Of a stretch of DNA of 64,000 nucleotides, positions 51,833 to 64,000 are shown in pieces (the first letter of the stretch is position 1; each line of letters opens with the position of its first letter). The notes below the pieces were generated by a model, which was not told where the DNA came from, searched no databases, and saw only the letters and a list, made by a program, of their open reading frames with translations. Source of the stretch: Antedon mediterranea. Its lineage: Eukaryota > Animalia > Echinodermata. The stretch spans positions 1,566,422 to 1,630,421 of the forward strand of contig NC_092678.1 of the NCBI RefSeq assembly GCF_964355755.1, written 5' to 3'. A program made the position numbers and the translations under genes.

Positions 51833-54800
51833 TGTTACTTTATTTGACACTGGAGAAACCTGTATTCCTCTACAAATACTGCTTAGCTACAGATATCAAA
51901 AAAGCTTTTCAAACTTAGTGTTAGTAATTCGGAAATTCCGATAAAAATTCCAAATTCTATCGACTGCACAATTTGAATAACTTAATTCATGTAATGTATA
52001 CTGTGTGTCTGTTTATCAGTCGCCGAACATAAGTATAAACAATGACAACAAATGTACAGAAATTTTGCAATAAATCCTACAATATGTTACACTTGTCTTC
52101 TAGTTTATAACAGAAGAAACCCAATTCCCCTTTGAAATGACTTTTGGATAAGGTGATGAGAATTAAATGAGTTGTGATGACGTTTACAGGCGTGTGACGC
52201 AAGTCTTGACTGTAATGCGTGACTTGTCAGTCATCAATATCATTGTTAAAATCTAGTTTTACTAATGACAAACGCATAGGGTTTCCTATATTGTTATTTT
52301 TTTGTAGTCACAAAGCGGCATGTAATGTTAGTAGTGTGTGTCAAGCTGACCGTTTAATTGTTTGAGGTTTTGTTTTAGCGGAATTGTTGTTGGTCTGAAG
52401 AGAGGAGGCGGAGGAGGATAGGCGTGGTGTGTGAGGAGGTTGCATTGTGGGGAATGTGAGGTTGTTTCCTAATGTTATTTCATGACATCAGAGCTTATCT
52501 ATCTAATTCTTTTGGGCTTATTCTAGTAGGTGCTTGTTTGTGTGGATTTGTGAAGTAATGTATGAGAGGTGTTGTATTTGTGGCATGTTACTAGTGTCTG
52601 AAGATGCTAGTTCATGACTTGACATGAAGGCTGACCTTTTAAATTATTTGGGGTTTTGTTTTTGGGGAGTGGATATTGGTACCTGATTATGAGGGATGTA
52701 GCAGTGGCTAAATGTGGACTTCCAAAAATTGTATAATAATTGCATAAACCTTACAAATGCCACCAAAAAGAATTTTGAATTCTGGAATATTCAAGTAATT
52801 AAATTCTTTGACATTGAATCAAAAAATTAACTGTGTTGCAATAATTATCATTACTCAGCAAAACTGTATCTTTATATTATTTATATATTTTCTTAAATTT
52901 GTTGTTTATGCCAATTCATTGTCTTGTGATTGGATGGTGACATAATAAACGTTAAAGAGCATGTGTTACCCTCGATAGTACCAGATGAAACCGAACCACA
53001 AGATGCACCAGATACAACCAGTCTACCAGCATCTATCTTGGTAGTAAAATTCTAGTGTTTTATCTTGGCAGAGATTTGGGTTTTTTTCTATACCATATTG
53101 GTCTTGTGATTGTGTCCTGTGATTTGTTGAAGGGCATGAATAAGCTTTTAATTCAGGATTTTTTATGAATATTAGATAATAATCCAACCTTATTTTTAAT
53201 TACCGTTGTTTGTGCTGCTTATAGTAACTGTAGTTTTTATCTTGGCAGCAATGTTACAAAAGTGGTATTGCGATTTTCCAAAAGTTGGGCATAAAAAAAT
53301 ATATTTATTGGAAACGTTGTGAATCTTGCAATCTTTGCTTTGATTATTGTAATTATTTTAAATTAATCTTGGTTCGATCATTTTATTGAAGTTTATAATA
53401 TTGTCTTTATTTCCATTTTCATCAATAGGAGTTTCTTTGAATAGGTGTTGGCCATAGAGTTAAAATATTTGTTTGTTAAAATTTGGTTTTCCCCATATGT
53501 TAAACAATATGTTAACTAAAGCATCTTTCACACATTCTTCGTTTCCCTTCTGGTTCGTGTCAGACCACGTGTACAGCACTAGCGAATTTTCATGCGTAAA
53601 AGATGGGTGCATACCCGCATGGAGCTTCGTAAAAACTAAATATTGAGATGCGATTTTATTCTAGTGTGGAAGACGATGAAATTCAGTGTTTTCAAGTTCG
53701 TCTTGTGCTCTTGCTGTCTCTTCTCCATACCTAATCACTATTAAACCATCTTGAAATGCCAAACGATTCTGTAGTTGTAGTGTGGGTAACCCACTCTAGT
53801 CAATTTAATAGGATTTTATCCACATAAACACTTCTACACAACATCAGATGCATCAAGTACTCTGCCCGCTGAACTCAATTGTAATAAACCTTTATTTTAA
53901 GTATGCTCTAAACAAAGTAAAGACTTTTTTCTATAACAACAACACACAAACAAACTCTTCAACCCATCTGCAACCTATAGAATCCTAATGACTTAAGTAC
54001 CAGCTTTTCAGTAAACTGAGAAAATTACCTTTTAAGTTAAATTTAAAAACAAAGTAAAAAAACACCATCTGTGATGAAGAATTGTCTTAAATCTTGTTCA
54101 CACTTGTAAGGTTTAGCCATCCTTAATCTATTCATTGATCAGTTTCTTTGTATTTGGGGATAATAACAATTTGTCATTTAATTTTTGATTGCCAATAATT
54201 GCAGTTAATCGTGATATTTCAGTTTGTGACAGCTGAAACTGGTAAAGTTTTCTTTTAGACTAATCATTTTATAGTCCAGAATATGTTGGCAAATACTAGT
54301 GAATTACATTCAGTTTGTTTGTTTAGACTTAATTTACTTTTGATGACATTAACCCCAAACATTTCTTCTTAGTTGATGGGTCCCACATTTTCTTCTTATT
54401 TTCGTACTTAACTCAATGTTGTATAATATTTAGTGTATTGATTCACTGATAAGGTGCTAAATTATAAATGTCTTCCATTTGAAGTACTGTACCAAAATGA
54501 TGGTAGGCTTTTTCCTTTGCATCTTTGCACCTGCCCTTTTTCTAAGCCCTGGATCTACGAATGATCATGTTATTACAAGTACCACTGTGGTCTCCCAGAC
54601 CAGTACTAGTGTTTGTATATTTATTTATTTTATATTTATGGATTGATGCTTTTGAGTAAAATAGTTTACCCTTGCATTACAAGCCCTGCCCCAACCCTTG
54701 CTGACCTGGATATACCACTTATTATATTAATGAACATTCGTTTCAATGTACATGCCTCACACTACGGTATGTGTAATACCTCATCTTTAGCGTTTTAAAA

Positions 54801-56367
54801 TGATGTAGATTTGATTAATTTGTAAAATAGCATCCACAAAATAATTTATCTTTTGTGTGTCTGTCAAAATAAAAAATAGTTATTAAAAAAAGATGTTTTG
54901 TGACTGATTCATGTAGCGTTCCTTTTAAACCGTTATTGATTTTATTCTGTCACTGAGCCTTCAACTGGCATCAATGGAAATTGACAACAATACATACATA
55001 GTCGGTATGACTCCCAGTTTCTGTTAGGCCTTTTGTTGTTATAATAGGTCTATTGTCTCTAGGCACGCGAACAGCTCTGTCATACATTGTAAATATTGCC
55101 ATCGAGAGGTCTTTTTGTTTTGTTTTCACCTGATTGGCTTGGGAATTTATTGTGCCCTAGTTTCTCATAGCGACACCTCGTTAGAAGCGCTGAAATTTAA
55201 TTAATATACAGTAGCCTAATTTAAGCAGCAAGGTCAGAAATAAATTAATTATATAGTTTTTCTATTGTTTTTCACCGATTCTGTGTGTTTTTTTCCAGAT
55301 TGATTATCCATTACAATAGTCATTATTGTTTGAAATTAATTGATACGCAGCCGGTATCAATTTTGAGTTTTAATTTGAATATTTTAAGTAGATAACTTAA
55401 TTAAAATTATCATTAATTTGTACTTTATTTTATATGTACTAATTAATATAACATGAACCTAAATCAGCATAATAATATTGTTTATAGTTTAATTTTAATA
55501 ACATTTTTTATGCTTTTTAAAATCATCAAAAATAATTGTAAATTTTTGTAGTGTTTTATTTAGATTTTGCAATAAATAATGCTAAAAAAGCAAAAAACAA
55601 ATAATATATTATTAGTTATTATTATTATTATATTTTATAGTTGTTTAGTATAATAATTAATACAGTATTACAATTTATTAAATTTAAATTGGAAATAGAT
55701 ATACATTTTTTAAGGAAACAATCCATTTTCACTAAACCATTAAGTAAGTTTGAATAAAAATAAATTAACAACAAAAAAAATTATAATTTTCATCATAATA
55801 AGTATACTTGGATATCTAAAGCTTTTCATATTGAATAATATGTTTAAAATTCAATATTATATTGTAAAATCAACTAGACGTAATTCTGAAAAATAATAAT
55901 TACTACTACAACATTTTGTAAAAGCAGTCTCGCACAGTGAATTGCACTTATTACAGATGCCGTAGTATTTACTGGATTGTTTACTATAGTTGCTTAGTGG
56001 CCAGACCTTATAAATGAGAATATGATTATAGTGTCCATGGCAACATGTGATTGTTGAGACATGTGTATGGAATTGTGAAGGCCACGTTTTTATCAATTGC
56101 TAATTGTAAATATTGGTCCCTAGAGCTTCTTCAAATAATTAAAATACATAGTCTATTTTTTGGTTGGAATATAGGTATTTACATAAAAAAACAATCATCA
56201 GTTTCATTTTTCCTAATCCTATGTTGAAATACACTGAACAGTTTTTTTTTTTCATTTTGAAGAATTTACAGTAGGATGCCTTGATAATAATTATATTTAA
56301 GAATCACCTGTACCACATTAAGGGAGGAAAGAAAGAGGTGATATCCAATCAGATTTTAATATATCAA

Positions 56368-56440
56368 GCCTCGGTAGTATAATGGTAAGGCACCTGCATA
56401 TTAATCGGAAAAGTCTATGTTCAAATCTCTATTGCAAAGA
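56368..56440 (+). pseudogene. tRNA-like pseudogene or SINE head
   Basis: gcctcggtagtataatggtaag (A box) ... atgttcaaatct (B box), then a T-run. Stems poorly paired. Confidence 0.4.
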
Positions 56441-58853
56441 CTTTTTTACTCACAATTTTTTCTTTCTTCGTCTTACACATTATATCTCCGTATATTGAGA
56501 TCGCGATTCTACTCCAGTTAAAAATTACTCTATAAACAGTTTTGACAATTAAAGCCGAAATTAATTGAGGATTTCAAAACAGTTTTTAAGATCAGGTCTC
56601 TTTTTGTTTGTTTTTTTTAATATCAAGGATGGCATCAAGGCTTCAAGTTTTAAGTCTATTCTTTCATCCTCAATACATACAGGACCTTATTTTCTATCTT
56701 TTTATTTATGATTTTATTGTTTTGTTTATTTGTCATAACCTTTCATAGCCTATTGTTTGGATTTGTGTGATCAGTCTGGTATTTGCACTTGCAGTCTAGA
56801 CTCTTAAATGTTTGTTATTTTACAAAGACAAAAGCCTTATTAACAATTGTTGTTTGGTATTGTGATTTTTTTCAATGCCCTACTTCTTTTTTTTCTTTCA
56901 GAAGAGAATCTTGTATTATTATTTTGCCCATTTCACTCTCACTGATTTGATATGATAGGCATTTTCAATGTGTACTTTTATTCAGGCCTACTCTGAGTCT
57001 GACTAGTTTGTTTTGTTGTATTTAAATTGCTCAGACAATGATTATATTGTTTGTTTGTTTGCTTTTTGTTTAACCTGTGTGGACGAGAAGTTTCACATCA
57101 AAACAAAGGAACAAATCGTACAAAGAAGCTGTTTACACGCTCCTTTCTCTATCAGAGGAATATTTATGTTCTGATTTCAAATGCAAAGGATACATCACAT
57201 TCAACATACTGTAGTCCAGTTGGAATGCATTTTTATCACTTGTAAACTTTACAAATTTGTCAGTTAAAATGATATCAAACATAGCTCTGCGTTTTATAAC
57301 GATCAGAAGTAACTTTGATGTGTGAACTCTGTTCTATGCAAACTTAACTCTAATGGTCTGAACACGACTAGAATCGGGTAAATTGTCATCATCATTTATT
57401 GTAGGGATTAAGTGTTCTTTGGGGGTGCTTGCAGCTTGGTTGGTTGCTCTGTCTGCCTACTGGCATTTTTTTTTTCTAGAAAAGAAACCCATCTTAGGTT
57501 TGGTCATTTCGATAACCCATGTTTATAGGAAATACTTGATAATGGACTACCATAATCAATATTCAAAGATATAGATCATTTTAGCATGCCTCATCCTGAT
57601 CATTATACTTAGAGCATCTTTTCATAATCAAGAAATGAATTATACAGATATCTTTGGAATTTCAGCAATAGACACTGTTTTGATATTCTTACAACAAATT
57701 ACCATGACAACAATTCAAATGTCTCAAAAGTCTAGTTAGAAAGAAAAGAACAGGACGTTATGGATTTAATAAGGATGAAATTGAATGAAAAGAATAAGGC
57801 CCTTGATAGTGTTACGTCTGGTAAAAAAAATACAGTAGACAACAATAGACTTAGTTGTTTCTGTCGTCAAAATAAAAAGAATGTCTTGTTTCTTAGCATA
57901 GTACTGGACTCAACATAGAATTTGTAGAATTATATTTTTTTTAAGCATTTAAATAGAAATATTTTATGACTTATGTAATTAAAAGTGTATTGACCTAAAT
58001 TGATCTGATCAATCAATAATATGAAATGGTATCCATAGTATATTATAGTGATAGATTTAAGGTGAAGTTTCAGAATTCAAAGCATTTTTTAAAGCATTTT
58101 ATACTAATTTACTATTATTAATGAATTTCATAAGTTTATAATAATTAATAGTAATGAAGTGTGTTACTTTCTGAATTATAATCGGTCCCAATTGCTGTGA
58201 TAAGATGAGAAATGCATTTTATTTTAGAATTTAGAATCATCAATATTAGATAAATAAAAAGACATTTCTGTAACTTTTTTAGTGTTTTTGATTTACCATG
58301 GAATTATAATAAAATATAAATAAATAAAGAACAAATGTTGATTTTCATATTAAAGTTCTCTTTAAGATTTGAAAGCAAAATTATAAGTGAAACTATCTAT
58401 TTATAAATATAATGTTATAAATAGTTTTGAACCATTTTGATTGAAGCTTTAACTATTCATATTTTTACTTTTGATTACCTGTAAATTCTATTTATATCTT
58501 TTCAATTCAATGTCAAAGAAAGATGTTAATTCTTTCTAATAAAAAGTGTTTTTTGTCTTTTTATTGTCTTTGTATGTTTGTATTTTGAATTCTTAAAATT
58601 CTATTTTGAATTCTGAAAATTCTATTTAATTGATATTTTTACCGGGAATTTTATTTTGTTATTTTAATATAACAATGTAGGCCTATGATATTTTCACAAT
58701 AAATAGATTCAATTTTTAAATTACTTCAAAGAAAAAGTGTATTTAAATTTGTATTTTAGCCTAAACCTAACAAATGCTATTCATTGTTCAGTATTCCTTA
58801 TTCAGAGGACACAGAGTATGAACAATAAATGTTTTAAACACACAGCCAATAAT

Positions 58854-60758
58854 CCCTATTAAGGGGACACATTTTGGGTTGGGTCCTAAAAGTGTCCCCT
58901 GTTCAAGGATACCCCTATTAAGGGGACATATTTTGGGTTGGGTCCTAAAAGTGTCCCCTGTTCAAGGATACCCCTATTAAGGGGACACATTTTGGGTTGG
59001 GTCCTAAAAGTATCCCCTGTTCAAGGATACCCCTATTAAGGGGACACATTTTAGGTTGGGTCCTAAAAGTATCCCCTGTTCAAGGATATCCCTATTAAGG
59101 GAACACATTTTGGGTTGGGTCCTAAAAGTGTCCCCTGTTCAAGGATACCCCTATTAAGGGGACACATTTTGGGTTGGGTCCTAAAAGTATCCCCTGTTCA
59201 AGGATACCCCTATTAAGGGGACACATTTTGGGTTGGGTCCTAAAAGTATCCCCTGTTCAAGGATACCCCTATTAAGGGGACACATTTTGGGTTGGGTCCT
59301 AAAAGTATCCCCTGTTCAAGGATACCCCTATTAAGGGGACACATTTTAGGTTGGGTCCTAAAAGTATCCCCTGTTCAAGGATATCCCTATTAAGGGAACA
59401 CATTTTGGGTTGGGTCCTAAAAGTGTCCCCTGTTCAAGGATACCCCTATTAAGGGGACACATTTTGGGTTGGGTCCTAAAAGTATCCCCTGTTCAAGGAT
59501 ACCCCTATTAAGGGGACACATTTTGGGTTGGGTCTTAAAAGTATCCCCTGTTCAAGGATACCCCTATTAAGGGGACACATTTTGGGTTGGGTCCTAAAAG
59601 TATCCCCTGTTCAAGGATACCCCTATTAAGGGGACACATTTTGGGTTGGGTCCTAAAAGTATCCCCTGTTCAAGGATACCCCTATTAAGGGGACACATTT
59701 TAGGTTGGGTCCTAAAAGTATCCCCTGTTCAAGGATACCCCTATTAAGGGGACATATTTTGGGTTGGGTCCTAAAAGTATCCCCTGTTCAAGGATATCCC
59801 TATTAAGGGAACACATTTTGGGTTGGGTCCTAAAAGTGTCCCCTGTTCAAGGATACCCCTATTAAGGGGACACATTTTGGGTTGGGTCCTAAAAGTATCC
59901 CCTGTTCAAGGATACCCCTATTAAGGGGACATATTTTGGGTTGGGTCCTAAAAGTATCCCCTGTTCAAGGATATCCCTATTAAGGGAACACATTTTGGGT
60001 TGGGTCCTAAAAGTGTCCCCTGTTCAAGGATACCCCTATTAAGGGGACACATTTTGGGTTGGGTCCTAAAAGTATCCCCTGTTCAAGGATACCCCTATTA
60101 AGGGGACACATTTTGGGTTGGGTCCTAAAAGTATCCCCTGTTCAAGGATACCCCTATTAAGGGGACACATTTTAGGTTGGGTCCTAAAAGTATCCCCTGT
60201 TCAAGGATACCCCTATTAAGGGGACACATTTTGGGTTGGGTCCTAAAAGTATCCCCTGTTCAAGGATATCCCTATTAAGGGGACACATTTTGGGTTGGGT
60301 CCTAAAAGTATCCCCTGTTCAAGGATATCCCTATTAAGGGGACACATTTTAGGTTGGGTCCTAAAAGTATCCCCTGTTCAAGGATATCCCTATTAAGGGG
60401 ACACATTTTGGGTTGGGTCCTAAAAGTATCCCCTGTTCAAGGATACCCCTATTAAGGGGACACATTTTGGGTTGGGTCCTAAAAGTATCCCCTGTTCAAG
60501 GATACCCCTATTAAGGGGACACATTTTGGGTTGGGTCCTAAAAGTATCCCCTGTTCAAGGATACCCCTATTAAGGGGACATATTTTGGGTTGGGTCCTAA
60601 AAGTATCCCCTGTTCAAGGATATCCCTATTAAGGGGACACATTTTGGGTTGGGTCCTAAAAGTATCCCCTGTTCAAGGATATCCCTATTAAGGGGACACA
60701 TTTTGGGTTGGGTCCTAAAAGTATCCCCTGTTCAAGGATACCCCTATTAAGGGGACAC
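58854..60758. repeat. 59-bp minisatellite, about 32 copies (1.9 kb), nested in a MITE family B copy (about 58790-60803)
   Basis: Unit ccctattaaggggacacattttgggttgggtcctaaaagt(a/g)tcccctgttcaaggata(c/t). Flanks carry family B motifs (acagccaa upstream, taatagaggtt...actg|ta downstream). Confidence 0.97.
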
Positions 60759-61722
60759 TTTGTTCCTCCATATGCCCTCTAATAGAGGTTTGTTTTTGTA
60801 CTGTATTAAAAATTCACAATGCAAATTTCACATTTATTTCCTGATATATTAATAGTCTTGTTGCATTCATTTTAGCAGTCAAGGAAGTTCTTTTCATTTT
60901 TTTATGGGTCAAATATAATTAATTAAAATCCCATAATAAGGGGTATTTGAGCCAACATTTTGAGGAAGTTGTGTTTGCGTATTTTGTTACAAGTTTTTTG
61001 GGGTTTCTTTGTCTGTAACATAAGTTGAAGCATGTCAACAATTTTTCTGGGAAATTTTATGAAATCCCATTCTTGTATTCTTCACAATAATAATTGTATA
61101 ACTTTAAGTTGTATTGTATGGATTTTAGCTTAAATTTTTTAGTAGAAGATTTATTGATGAGGAGAAATGTTATGATTAATGTATTATTACGGTAATTGAA
61201 TATGATTAATATCCATCGAAAGTTTGCAAACGAGGTTGCAAACAAGTTTTGAAACTGAAATGTTTGAGCAGAGTAATATAAAATACAAAAGATTCAAACT
61301 CGGATTAAAGCGTAAATGCTGCAGTAAATTTGTTGTTGTTATTATTATAAGTCGTGTACAAAATAATTGAAAGTGATAGAAAAATTACAATGATGCTTAA
61401 AAAAGCTCTTATATTGTGATTCCAAGAAATTGTCATTAAACATTTTATATTTTTAAAAATTGATAAATTGATTGAAAGAGAAACAATGGGGAAACTGGAT
61501 TACTATATTGATTAATTTCTGCACTCTGCACGCGAGGCTCATTTACTATGTTTTTGATACCCTGGGAGAGCTTTGTTATTGTATTAGATTCAGGGAAATT
61601 CCCTCTAGTTTCATTCTTTTGAATAAATGTTTTGATATGATGCCGTACATTGTCAGAGTTGATACCAAAACTTCCTGGTTTTATTTATTGGAAACCAGGT
61701 CCATGTTGTGTTCTATGACTTA

Positions 61723-61885
61723 ATCTCTTCTACACTATCAAATTAGTTGACCAAAAAAAAGTGTGATGTGCCCAAATATGGTAGTGATATTCCCAAATAT
61801 GATACTGATATGACATCACCGTGTCCATATATCATGGGCACAGCATATTTTTTTGTAACATAAAGTTGCTATTGTAGATAGGGCA
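61723..61885. mobile_element. MITE family A copy (diverged)
   Basis: ctcttctacactatcaaa...gtgtgatgtgcccaaatatggtagtgatat ... attgtagatagggc. Confidence 0.8.
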
Positions 61886-62692
61886 TTACATTTTCATTGC
61901 ATCAATATGTTGTTTGTATATAAGATCCACTGAATAATTTCAGATAAAAAACAAAGGCAACTCCAAATAAAGGGATAAAGACATATGAAACTATGCAAAA
62001 TTATGATTTGAACTAAATTTAGGGAAAAACGTGATAAAACATAATTATGATGAAAGCAGCAAACCACACCACAAAATTCATTGGTGTATCTAGAAAGGGA
62101 TGTTGGGGGCATCAAATTTGCAATTCAAAAGATTGTACATTCATCTTCATTTTTACAATTTGTAGGCTCTTGACCTCCACAACTTAACAGTCCTGAATTC
62201 GCCACTTGCAGCAGCTATAAATGACCCACAATGGTTTTCTAGAAAGTTGGTTTTTCCAAAATTCTTAAAATCTTAAAGAGAAACGAGATTGATACATATC
62301 TATATTTCAGTTTTGTTAAAATTGCATTATATATATTTGGTAATTAAGTTATTGCTTGATTGTTATTGGACAATTAATGTTAGAATTGCGTGTAGTAAAT
62401 GATTATTAAATTACATATTTGTAATAATTAAAAACTTGTTTTAATAATAGATCATTGTTTTCAACTTGTAACCTGAGCCGCAGAAAGTTAACAATTGTTT
62501 TCCATACTTTTTGGTAAACCCAGTGATCTAACTGGTTAACATTTGATTATTTTAACATATTAAATATTATTATTATTCTGTAATAAATATTTTATAACAT
62601 TAAGCTTTGTTATTATTACCTTGTCTATTTTAAAAGGTAATTATGTAATGTAAATTAAAAGTACCTAAATCCAGTGGATGCTCTATCTTTTA

Positions 62693-62835
62693 AACTCTGT
62701 CTACACTATTAAACTTTGTGACAAAAAAAAATTTGATGTGCCCATATATGGATATTGTGATGTCATATCACTACCATATTATTTGAGCACATCACACTTT
62801 TTTTGTCAAACTAGTTTGATATTGTAGACAGAGCT
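62693..62835. mobile_element. MITE family A copy with TTA TSD
   Basis: TTA|aactctgtctacactattaaact ... agtttgatattgtagacagagct|TTA. A 3-bp TWA TSD is the PIF/Harbinger signature. Confidence 0.85.
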
Positions 62836-63672
62836 TTAGGCGTTTCTCTTCATTTCCAGATCCCTTGTAATTGCAAATGTTGAAATTGTATATGCAACAT
62901 CTGAAAAATATGGCTACACCCAACACAAATACATCTACTTATCATGACTTCTCCTTATTATTAAGTATGTATCTCATATGCACTTATCCAATATTAACTG
63001 TCATTGAATTTAAGTAACATATGATAAAGTAGAAAGTGTTATGTCCACAAAAGGTGTTAATGTTGTTTATCTCCATGGTGATGTACTTCAACAACTATGT
63101 CTTGTTATGTGTTAACGCGCGCTAAATACATTTTTCTAGTTCTCTAACTGTGCGTTTATCATTTTCAGTTTCTTCAGTCAGGTAGATTTTTGCTGTTATG
63201 TAAGTGCCATTCCAATTCAATTACCTGGAAATAGTCGTATTAGAACCATTTACAAGCGATTATAATATTTGATTTTTAATTTCTGCCGTTAAAATTTGAT
63301 ATCAGATGAACGCATTTGAGTAAAAAGAAATGAAACAGTTAAATTTTAACATGTGAATGGATTTAATCAAGTTTACTAGGTTTAGCCTGGTTGCATTGTA
63401 GATTGAGAAATTAAGCATAAACCATTTAGCCCACAAGGTTAAACTTAGAACAATACGTTGAATGCAGAGATTTTAAGACAATTTTACGAGTCTAAGAAGT
63501 TGTTGAAAATCCGGAAACAGTTTTAGTGATTTAGGTCAGGAGTAGAATGGTCATTTGTTCCGGTTGAACACTTTTGTTCTGTGAATTATACGTTATTTCC
63601 TGCGTAAGACAATAGATTTTTATCATAACCACGAAATTCAAATTTAAGACTAAGGGTAACTACTGAAGCAAT

Positions 63673-63963
63673 GCTTCAAAGTGAAAGCGCAAGGCTCTAC
63701 GGCCCACTACAGTTAGTGGTTTAAAGTTGTTCTAGTACCAGAGGGGTAGTTGGCTCATGTTTGCTTTAATTTGCGCTTCAAAGTGAAAGCGCAAGGCTCT
63801 ACGGCCCACTACAGTTAGTGGTTTAAAGTTGTTCTAGTACCAGAGGGGTAGTTGGCTCATGTTTGCTTTAATTTGCGCTTCAAAGTGAAAGCGCAAGGCT
63901 CTACGGCCCACTACAGTTAGTGGTTTAAAGTTGTTCTAGTAAAAGGGTAGTTGGCTCATGTTG
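63673..63963. repeat. 102-bp tandem repeat, about 2.9 copies
   Basis: gcttcaaagtgaaagcgcaaggc at 63673, 63775 and 63877. Confidence 0.95.
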
Positions 63964-64000
63964 GGTTTTATTTTTCATTTTATATTGTATGTTACTGTTG

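Noticed and set aside
56368-56440. Functional tRNA gene
   Set aside because: Acceptor, anticodon and T stems do not pair properly, so it is kept only as a pseudogene or SINE head.
58854-60758. CRISPR-like regularly spaced palindromic repeats
   Set aside because: Units are contiguous with no unique spacers, there are no cas genes, and the context is eukaryotic. The same applies to the 51-, 98- and 102-bp arrays.

Overview
AT-rich eukaryotic (probably invertebrate animal) intronic or intergenic DNA. I see no intact protein-coding gene, rRNA, CRISPR array or operon. The ORF-track entries are chance ORFs, repeat read-throughs or transposon relics. The window is a dense mosaic of non-autonomous transposons: nine copies of a ~140-bp MITE (one with a TTA TSD), a 1.3-kb TA-flanked pogo/Tigger-like element, two Kolobok-like elements, a probable solo LTR, tRNA-derived SINE heads and LINE relics. 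It also holds about 20 tandem arrays with units of 13-168 bp. Most notable: (1) a PIF/Harbinger-like element (30074-31699) whose Myb/SANT-like gene relic is split by a nested long-TIR Mutator-like element, with the reading frame restored when the insert is removed; (2) several minisatellites, including a 1.9-kb hairpin-forming 59-bp array, that arose inside or at the ends of MITEs; (3) two 24-36-bp palindromic 'micro-transposons' with target-site duplications. Superfamily calls rest on TIR/TSD signatures and motif recognition by eye, not on database searches.
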